This document shows, piece after piece, positions 25,616 through 32,000 of a stretch of DNA of 32,000 nt. Within the stretch, counting starts at the first letter, position 1. Each line of letters opens with the position of its first letter. The notes under the pieces were generated by a model. It saw only the letters and a list, made by a program, of their open reading frames with translations, did no database searches and had not been told where the DNA came from. The translations under genes were made by a program, and so were the position numbers. Source of the DNA: an uncultured Chloroflexia bacterium (GTDB lineage: Bacteria; Chloroflexota; Anaerolineae; Anaerolineales; Anaerolineaceae); NCBI GenBank assembly GCA_963704755.1, contig OY969938.1, positions 4,110,001 to 4,142,000 of the forward strand, in the 5' to 3' direction.

Positions 25616-26428
25616 TTATTTCTCCAGACGGGTCCTGCGTTCGAGGTAGTTGATCAGGCGCGAGGCCAGCAAAGTCATGATCAGGTAAAGCAGGGAGACC
25701 ATGATCCAGGGTTGGATGGAGATGAAGTTGGCGGCCATAAATTCGCGGCCTCGCCGGACCATGTCGGATACCGAGACCACACTGACCAGGGAGGTATCCT
25801 TCAGCAGGGTGATGAATTCGTTGCCGACCGGGGGCAGGATCACCCGCACGGCCTGGGGCAGGATGACGTAGCGCATGGACTGGAAGTAATTCATCCCCAG
25901 GCTGCGAGCGGCTTCCATCTGGCCCTTGTGAATGCTTTGGATGCCGGCCCGGTAGACCTCGCTCATGTAAGCGGCGTAGCAGATGGTCAGGCCCATAATG
26001 GCCATCACATTGGGGTTGGCTTTGTAGCCGGTCAAAGCCGGGCTGTGAAGTGAGGTACCCAGTTGGATAAGAATGGATGGAAAAGCAAAATACCAGAAAA
26101 ATAGCTGTACCAATACCGGGATACCACGGATCACATCGACGTAAACGGTCATGAGGCCGCTAAGCAGTTTTAACCTGGACATGCGCGCCAAAGCCACCAG
26201 CAGGCCGATAACGAGCACCAGGGCGAACGAAATCAGCGTCATGGTGATGGTCACGACCACGCCATCGCTGACAAAGACCAGGACGCGTTTGTACGGGTCG
26301 GGCTGGCCGAAGACCAGCAGTAAGATCAGGGCAACTACGGCCGCCACCAGCAGCCAACCGTTATCCCAGGTCGTTTTTCGGGAAGGCTTGGTGTTGCTCG
26401 GTGTGGTTGGGAGGGCGTTCGATTGCAT
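25616..26428 (-). CDS. Amino-acid ABC transporter permease (HisM/GlnP family)
   Basis: Multi-TM protein with the EAA-like loop MEAARSLGMNYFQSMRYVILPQA. GGAGGA RBS. Its stop is 3 nt from the ATPase start. Confidence 0.9.
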   Translation of the reverse strand: MQSNALPTTPSNTKPSRKTTWDNGWLLVAAVVALILLLVFGQPDPYKRVLVFVSDGVVVTITMTLISFALVLVIGLLVALARMSRLKLLSGLMTVYVDVIRGIPVLVQLFFWYFAFPSILIQLGTSLHSPALTGYKANPNVMAIMGLTICYAAYMSEVYRAGIQSIHKGQMEAARSLGMNYFQSMRYVILPQAVRVILPPVGNEFITLLKDTSLVSVVSVSDMVRRGREFMAANFISIQPWIMVSLLYLIMTLLASRLINYLERRTRLEK

Positions 26429-26675
26429 ATTTTCCTCCGGGACAAAAAAATATGGCTCTTTCGTTTCTGGCGGGTGGTCCTTCCAGGTTGGGAGGTGTGG
26501 ATGGGTTTCGCCTGCCCACGCATCCCAAATCCGGGTATTTTCCCGTCTAAAACGGGAGAGCCAATAATATCAAGCTGGTGGTACGAAAGGGCGCACTAAA
26601 AAGCTGTCAGGTTTTTGTGGTTGGAAATGGGCTTCGCCCATTTCCAACCACAAATTAACAAACTCTGAGTACTCC

Positions 26676-26709
26676 TTACAAAAGCAGGGGCGCGACCAGG
26701 CGCCCCTGC
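26676..26709 (-). terminator. Intrinsic terminator/attenuator after the substrate-binding protein gene
   Basis: On the minus strand GCAGGGGCG-cctggtcg-CGCCCCTGC is followed by TTTTGT. A second 19-bp hairpin lies at 26614-26654. They sit between the SBP and permease genes. Confidence 0.6.
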
Positions 26710-26766
26710 TTCTATGTACTAGGAAAAGAAAAAGTCAGTCGAGTGTATGGCCATCAATATGTGCGA

Positions 26767-27690
26767 CTATTGGTTCGCCGCCAGCCATTTTTGCTGCAAA
26801 GCGTCGATCGTGCCGTCGTCTTTGAGTTCTTTCAAGGCCGCATTGATCGGATCTACCAGGTCGGAACGGTTGTTGCAAATGGCAATGCCGTACAATTCGT
26901 TGGTGAAAGGTTGGCCGGCCGCGACCATTTTCTCGGGGTTCTTGTCGACAAAACCCATGGCGGTGGGGTAATCGGCGATGACCGCGTCCACCTGCCCATT
27001 GGCCAGGTCGAGGAAGGCCAGGTCAACGGTGTCGTAGGGTTTGTAATTAACGTTGGGGATCTTCTTGGCTTCGATCTCACCGGTGGTGCCCAATTGGGCC
27101 GCTACCGTCTTGCCCGCCAGGTCATCTACCGAATTGATGCCTGAGCCGGGAGTGGTGATCACGATCTGTCCGGCGCTCATGTAGGGGTCGGAGAAGAGCA
27201 TTTTTTGTTTGCGCTCGTCGGTGATGGTGATGGCGGAAATGCCGGCGTCGAACTGGCAGGCGGCCAGGCCGGTTTCGAGCGAATCGAAGATGATGTTCGT
27301 CCACTCTATCGTAAAGCCTTCTTTTGCGGCGATGTCGTTCATCAGGTCGATGTCGAAGCCGATCAGGTCTTTGCTGGTTTCATCCACCATCTCGAAGGGC
27401 GGCCAGGTGGCGTCGGTGCCGACCCGGACAGTGGTGCCGGCCAGGGATGAAGCGCCGGCCGGGTAAGCGCTACCCGCCGGGGCTGCGCTGGTAGCGGCGG
27501 CTTCACTCGTTGTGGGTGCTTCAGTGGCAGCCGGGTAGGCGTTGCTTGCCGGCGCTGTGGTCGATGTGCTTTCAGCAGGGTATCCGGTGCTGGGACCGGA
27601 GGCCGTAGGCGTTGCTGCGGGCGCACAGGCGGCCAGCACCAGCGTCAGCAGCGTAAATACAGATACAAGAATGAGTGTCAGGCGTTTCAC
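26767..27690 (-). CDS. Amino-acid ABC transporter substrate-binding lipoprotein (SBP family 3) with a long Ala/Thr/Ser/AYP linker
   Basis: The mature domain has VGTDATWPPFE, GFDIDLMNDIA and DAVIADYP motifs. I start at the GTG at 27690 (GGAGGA plus 5-nt spacer), giving MKRLTLILVSVFTLLTLVLAAC with lipobox LAAC. The track extension to 27870 lacks support. Confidence 0.85.
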   Translation of the reverse strand: MKRLTLILVSVFTLLTLVLAACAPAATPTASGPSTGYPAESTSTTAPASNAYPAATEAPTTSEAAATSAAPAGSAYPAGASSLAGTTVRVGTDATWPPFEMVDETSKDLIGFDIDLMNDIAAKEGFTIEWTNIIFDSLETGLAACQFDAGISAITITDERKQKMLFSDPYMSAGQIVITTPGSGINSVDDLAGKTVAAQLGTTGEIEAKKIPNVNYKPYDTVDLAFLDLANGQVDAVIADYPTAMGFVDKNPEKMVAAGQPFTNELYGIAICNNRSDLVDPINAALKELKDDGTIDALQQKWLAANQ

Positions 27691-28079
27691 GAGTTTCCTC
27701 CAAAAAGGCTTGTAGAACTGGATTTCATTTGTGATATCAATGGGAAAACCAGGCTCGGGACTTTTAGATCCGGTTTTCAAGATTATACCATTTAAAGAAT
27801 CGGGCCGGTTTACCGATTCGGGTGGGGGTGATGACGTTGGGTTGTGTTGATGTTTATCAAGATCTAGCAACTTAAAGAATCCCCAGCTTCATTAAACAAG
27901 GCGAGAATCGGCGACCGAGGTCGCGGCAACAAATACGCGAAGCCGCCGGCGAGCAGGTTTGGAATGGGAGGAGGTATTAGCTCCAGCCGTTTCCCCCGTT
28001 ACGCCAGGTGACGGAAAAATGGTGTATGGTAACCGGGTAGGCGCAAATTCCCAGCTTCGAAAGCCGGGCTACTACGAGG

Positions 28080-28894
28080 GAGCCCCACGAAAGTGGGGCT
28101 TGGTGTACCTGTAGCAGTGACCTCGGTCGCCAACGCGCAGACCCACCCGGGCACCCGGAACCAGGGAGCCCATCCTGGCCGGCGCAAAGAATCCCCCCTT
28201 GGCCCCCTTTGCTGAGGCTGTGAAGAATCTCCTGGCCTGCTTTAGCAGCTATGGGCGTTCGGGCTCCCAAGAATTTGTCGCGTATCCTGAAATCTTCACA
28301 GCCTCCAAGGGGGGAAAGTCCTGGGTTGCACAAGGTGCAGGCAATATTCAATTAGGTGCAACCCGAATTGAGCCCCACGAAGGTGGGGCTTTGTGTACCT
28401 GGTGCAGCGACTTCAATCGCCAACGCGCAGGCCTACCCGGGCACCCGGAACCAGGGAGCCCATTCTGGCCGGCGCAAAAATCCCCCCTGGTCCCCCCTTG
28501 CTGAGGCTGTGAAGAATCTCCTGGCCTGCTTTAGTCGCTATGGGGGTTCGGGCTCAAAAAATCTGTCGCGTATCCTGAAATCTTCACAGCCTCCAAGGGG
28601 GGAAAGTCCTGGGTTGCACAAGGTGCAGGCAATATTCAATTAGGTGCAACCCGAATTGAGTCCCACGAAGGTGGGGTTTTGTGTACCTGGTGCAGTGACC
28701 TCGGTCGCCAACGCGCAGATCCACCCGGGCACCCGGAACCAGTGAGCCCATTCTGGCCGGCGCAAAGAATCCCCCCTGGTCCCCCCTTGCTGAGGCTGTG
28801 AAGAATCTCCTGGCCTGCTTTGGTAGCTATGGGGGTTCGGGCTCAAAAGAATCTGTCGTATATCCTGAAATCTTCACAGCCTCCAAGGGGGGAA
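28080..28894. repeat. Tandem direct repeat, 288-290-nt unit, about 2.8 copies (family C), with nested inverted repeats
   Basis: gag(c/t)cccacgaa starts at 28080, 28370 and 28658. Each unit has the hairpin agccccac-gaag-gtggggct and the long-range helix gaggctgtgaaga / tcttcacagcctc (e.g. 28504-28516 / 28581-28593) extended by C-run/G-run pairing. Each unit also has the stem gggttgcac / gtgcaaccc. Indels between copies break every ORF. Confidence 0.9.
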
Positions 28895-29011
28895 TAGATT
28901 GCCAATTCTTGCCCCCTTGCTAAAGAGGGGGTTCATGAATTGGCTTGGATATTCGCGCAGGCCCATCCAGGCATCCGACTTTGAAAGCCGGGCTACGGTA
29001 GGTACGGATAT

Positions 29012-30874
29012 TTATTCGAGTTGGCTGCGCAAAGACAGGGCTACCTCTTCGGTGATGCCTTTGATGCTCATCAGGTCTTCCACACTGGCATCGCGAATGG
29101 CGTCGATGCTGCCGAATTTAATCAGCAGGGCCTTGCGGCGGGCCGGGCCGATCCCGGGGACGGCGTCCAGGCGGGAGGCCAGGCCGGCTTTGCCGCGCCG
29201 GTTGCGGTGGGCGGTGATGCCAAAGCGGTGCGCCTCGTCGCGGATGCGCTGGACCAGGTAAAGCCCTTGGGAGTGGCGCGGGAGCACGATCGAATCGCTC
29301 TTGCCGGGCAGAAATAGCTCTTCCTGTTGTTTGGCCAGGCCGGTCACCGGTACCTCTTCGAACAGCCCGAACTCCTTGAGCACCTTCTCGGCCCGCCCCA
29401 GTTGGCCCTTGCCGCCATCGACGATCAGCAGATCGGGCAAAACCGCGAAGGACGGGTCCAGTTTGGCGCCCGGACCGCGCTGCTCCTGGGCGGCCAGGTA
29501 GCGCTTGAAGCGCCGGGTAAGCACCTCTTCCATGCTGGCGAAATCGTCCGGCCCCTCTACCGATTGGATGTTAAAGCGCCGGTAGAGCGATTTGCGCGAG
29601 ACGCCTTGCTCGAAGACCACCATGCTGCCGACCGAGTAGGTGCCCTGGGTGTTGGAGATATCGTAGCATTCGATCCGGTTGGGCGGTTCGGGCAGGTTGA
29701 GGGCCGCCTGGAGTTCGGCCAGGGCTTCGCTCTGGTGGTTGGTATCGTTTTCCCATTGGGTTTTCAGCGAGCGCAAGGTTTCCACGGCGTTCTCGGTGGC
29801 CATCTGGACCAGATCCTGGGGCGTCCCTTCGTGGGGTACGATCAGCTCGACTTTCGGCCCGCCCCGGCTGGCCCGCAGCCATTGCTGGATAATGTTGGCC
29901 TCCTCGACTTCCTGGGGCAACAACACCTGGTTGGGTATGCTGGCAGCCTCGGAATAGAATTGTTTAATGAACTCCTCGATCACCTCAGTGTCAGGCTCGT
30001 CCTGGGCGCCTTCAAGAATGTAATACTCGCGCCCGATCAGCTTGCCGGAACGGATGAAGAAGACTTGCACACAGGCTTCGCCATCGTCGCGGGCCATGGC
30101 GATTACATCCGAATCGATCTGGTCGTCGGAAATGACTTTTTGCTTCTCGACCACCCGTTCGATGGCCTGGATCTGGTCGCGTAGGGCGGCGGCGCGCTCG
30201 AAGCGCAGCTCTTCGGAAGCCTGGGCCATTTCACCCTGCAGGCGCTCGACGATCACACCGGTGCGGCCTTCCAGGAAATCGCACAGGTCCAGGATCATCC
30301 GCCGGTAGGCAGCCTGCTGGATGGCGCCGATGCACGGCCCGGTGCACAACTTGATATCGTAGTACAGGCAGGGGCGCGCGTCCTGGCCGGTGATTTCCCG
30401 GTCGCAGGTCAGGTAGGGAAAGATGTGCCGCAGTACGTCCAGGGTCTGGTGGACGGCCCACACACTCGTGTAGGGGCCAAAATAGCGCGAGCCGTCTTTG
30501 ACCATCTGGCGGGTGACGGTCACTTTGGGGAAGGGGTCGTTCAGGTGGACTTTGATATAGGGGTAACGTTTGTCGTCTTTAAGGCGGATGTTATAACGCG
30601 GGCGATGCTTCTTGATCAGGTTCATTTCCAGGATCAAGGCTTCCAACTCCGAACCGACCACAATCCACTCGAGATCGACGATATGCTCCACCAGTTTACG
30701 GGTCTTGAAATCGCCCTCGTGGTTCGAGTGGAAATAAGAACGCACCCGGTTCTTCAGGTTGATCGCCTTGCCCACGTAGATCACCTGGCCACGGTCGTTC
30801 TTCATAATATAACAGCCGGGTTTATCGGGCAGGGTGCTGAGAATACCTCTAATGTGTTCGCTAATATCAGGCAT
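29012..30874 (-). CDS. uvrC: Excinuclease ABC subunit C
   Basis: N-terminal GIY-YIG (PGCYIMKNDRGQVIYVGKAINLKNRVRSYF), a UVR domain, and a C-terminal RNase-H-like endonuclease plus (HhH)2 (GIGPARRKALLIKFGS). Full length at 620 aa. Confidence 0.95.
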   Translation of the reverse strand: MPDISEHIRGILSTLPDKPGCYIMKNDRGQVIYVGKAINLKNRVRSYFHSNHEGDFKTRKLVEHIVDLEWIVVGSELEALILEMNLIKKHRPRYNIRLKDDKRYPYIKVHLNDPFPKVTVTRQMVKDGSRYFGPYTSVWAVHQTLDVLRHIFPYLTCDREITGQDARPCLYYDIKLCTGPCIGAIQQAAYRRMILDLCDFLEGRTGVIVERLQGEMAQASEELRFERAAALRDQIQAIERVVEKQKVISDDQIDSDVIAMARDDGEACVQVFFIRSGKLIGREYYILEGAQDEPDTEVIEEFIKQFYSEAASIPNQVLLPQEVEEANIIQQWLRASRGGPKVELIVPHEGTPQDLVQMATENAVETLRSLKTQWENDTNHQSEALAELQAALNLPEPPNRIECYDISNTQGTYSVGSMVVFEQGVSRKSLYRRFNIQSVEGPDDFASMEEVLTRRFKRYLAAQEQRGPGAKLDPSFAVLPDLLIVDGGKGQLGRAEKVLKEFGLFEEVPVTGLAKQQEELFLPGKSDSIVLPRHSQGLYLVQRIRDEAHRFGITAHRNRRGKAGLASRLDAVPGIGPARRKALLIKFGSIDAIRDASVEDLMSIKGITEEVALSLRSQLE

Positions 30875-30943
30875 ATGTTCTATTATAAAGGAAAGCGGCG
30901 AAAATTTCGACCGCCTGGACGATGCGGATGGACTCGAAGTATG

Positions 30944-30992
30944 TTATGGGGTATTTGGGGGCTTGCTGCGCAAGCCCCCAAATACCCCATAA
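30944..30992. repeat. Perfect 23-bp-arm inverted repeat in the divergent uvrC / oxidoreductase promoter region
   Basis: ttatggggtatttgggggcttgc (30944-30966), loop tgc, gcaagcccccaaataccccataa (30970-30992). Confidence 0.85.
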
Positions 30993-31080
30993 TTAAAAAC
31001 ATTTTAGCGCTCTCGACTATGCTTTCGGGCCGCCTGCTCTTATAATGAGCGGTGTACACCCGTCTCAAGGAACCCAAAAT

Positions 31081-32000
31081 ATGAAACAACTTTTACAATA
31101 CATGCGCAACGGAACGACCGTCGTCGAGGAAGTGCCTGCGCCGCAGGTCCGCCCAGGGATGGCCCTGGTGCAGACCGCCGCCTCGCTGGTCTCGGCCGGC
31201 ACCGAGCGCATGCTGGTCGAATTTGCCGAGAAAAACCTGGTCGATAAAGCCCGCTCGCGGCCCGACCTGGTCCGCCAGGTGCTGGACAAAGCCCGTCGAG
31301 AGGGGATCCTTTCGACGATCGAGTCGACGTTCAACCGCCTGGACCAACCCATGGCATTGGGTTATTCCTCGGCCGGCGTCATTGTGGACGTGGGCCGCGG
31401 GCTGGAGGGGTTCAAGCCCGGTGACCGGGTGGCCTGCGCCGGGGGCGGGTACGCCGTCCACGCCGAGTACGAAGTGGTGCCGCAAAATTTACTGGCCCAT
31501 TTGCCCGGACCGGTCGATTTCGAATCGGGGGCTTTTGCTACCCTGGGGGCGATTGCCTTGCAAGGGTTCCGCCAGGCCGGGACTCAGGTGGGCGAGCGGG
31601 TGGCCGTGATCGGCCTGGGTCTGCTGGGCCTGCTGGCGGTGGAGATTGCCCAGGCGGCCGGCTGCCAGGTATTTGGGGTGGATACCAACCCCCAGCGCGT
31701 AAAGCTGGCAGCCCAATTAGGCGCGACCGCGGTGATCCGGGAAGGCGCCGAGGAGAGCGGGCGCAGTTATTCGCAGGGGCGCGGCTTCGACGCCGTGCTC
31801 ATTTGCGCCGATACGGCCTCAGACGACCCGGTCAAACTGGCCGGGGAGCTGGCCCGCGATCGGGCCGCGATCGTGGCCATCGGCGCGGTCGGGCTGGACA
31901 TTCCGCGCAAGATTTATTACGAAAAAGAGCTGAACCTGGTGGTCTCCCGCTCCTACGGCCCGGGCCGCTACGACCCAGGGTACGAAGAGGGCGGCAAAGA
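31081..32000 (+). CDS. Zinc-type alcohol dehydrogenase-like (MDR superfamily) oxidoreductase, 5' part (runs off the right edge)
   Basis: Not in the supplied track because there is no stop in the window. The frame is open from the ATG at 31081. MKQLLQYMRNGTTVVEEVPAPQVRPGMALVQTAASLVSAGTE...GYSSAGVIVDVG...GDRVACAG...VAVIGLGLLGLLAVEIAQAAGCQVFGVD shows an MDR catalytic domain followed by a Rossmann GxGxxG. Confidence 0.65.
   Translation, partial: MKQLLQYMRNGTTVVEEVPAPQVRPGMALVQTAASLVSAGTERMLVEFAEKNLVDKARSRPDLVRQVLDKARREGILSTIESTFNRLDQPMALGYSSAGVIVDVGRGLEGFKPGDRVACAGGGYAVHAEYEVVPQNLLAHLPGPVDFESGAFATLGAIALQGFRQAGTQVGERVAVIGLGLLGLLAVEIAQAAGCQVFGVDTNPQRVKLAAQLGATAVIREGAEESGRSYSQGRGFDAVLICADTASDDPVKLAGELARDRAAIVAIGAVGLDIPRKIYYEKELNLVVSRSYGPGRYDPGYEEGGK

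Noticed and set aside
24965-26053. 362-aa plus-strand ORF spanning the ABC ATPase and permease genes
   Set aside because: It is antisense to two genes with unambiguous Walker and EAA motifs. It crosses their gene boundary and looks like shadow-frame low-complexity sequence.
27691-27870. 60-aa N-terminal extension of the substrate-binding protein ORF
   Set aside because: A GTG at 27690 with a GGAGGA RBS yields a canonical lipoprotein signal peptide at the very N-terminus. The upstream part would put 60 hydrophilic residues before the signal.
27977-28846. ORFs inside repeat family C (27977-28351, 28199-28504, 28356-28643, 28640-28846)
   Set aside because: Equivalent repeat segments are read in different frames in different copies because of small indels (e.g. 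the AEAVKNLLACF segment continues differently in two copies). This indicates no selection for a protein.
6517-28894. The possibility that the tandem arrays are CRISPR arrays
   Set aside because: Units are 120-290 nt and contiguous, with no unique spacers between short conserved repeats. No cas genes are in the window.
28080-28894. Self-cleaving ribozyme (hammerhead CUGANGA...GAAA core) in the tandem units, as seen in some tandemly repeated elements
   Set aside because: ctgaggc and ctgaaat occur but do not fit CUGANGA. I could not assemble a three-way junction by eye. Other ribozyme classes cannot be excluded without covariance-model searches.
30875-31080. SOS (LexA) box upstream of uvrC
   Set aside because: No GAAC-N4-GTTC-type or CTGT-N8-ACAG-type palindrome was found. 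Only the unrelated 23-bp-arm palindrome is present.

Overview
GC-rich bacterial chromosomal window. T-box usage and Thr/Pro/AYP-type extracytoplasmic linkers suggest a Chloroflexota/Anaerolineae-like organism, but that is inference only. I can support 27 protein-coding loci, almost all housekeeping or accessory metabolism. (1) A thioredoxin-like gene, inorganic pyrophosphatase and a DUF4405-like membrane protein. (2) A Trp-specific T-box leader in front of trpS, followed by a TrpB2-type tryptophan synthase beta paralog. (3) A ten-gene minus-strand System I cytochrome c maturation cluster in the unusual order ccmE-F-H-G-(CcmI-like)-(diheme cytochrome c)-A-B-C-D. Its ccmE is split by a 1-nt homopolymer frameshift and carries Cys in place of the canonical heme-binding His. 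(4) A pncC-like / MGDG-synthase-like glycosyltransferase / nucleosidase operon. (5) A GH1 beta-glucosidase plus a histidine phosphatase. (6) An 825-aa secreted beta-helix protein. (7) A polar amino-acid ABC transporter. (8) uvrC and a partial MDR-type oxidoreductase. No rRNA, tRNA, CRISPR array, transposase or phage gene was recognised. The most unusual content is non-coding. Three intergenic gaps of about 0.9-1.1 kb (6382-7290, 23901-24877, 27871-29011) are each filled by a different tandem array of long units (259 nt, about 245 nt dimer, about 288 nt). These units are rich in nested inverted repeats and match no element I can name. Several long perfect palindromes are also present. All calls rest on reading the sequence and the ORF translations; no database search was possible.
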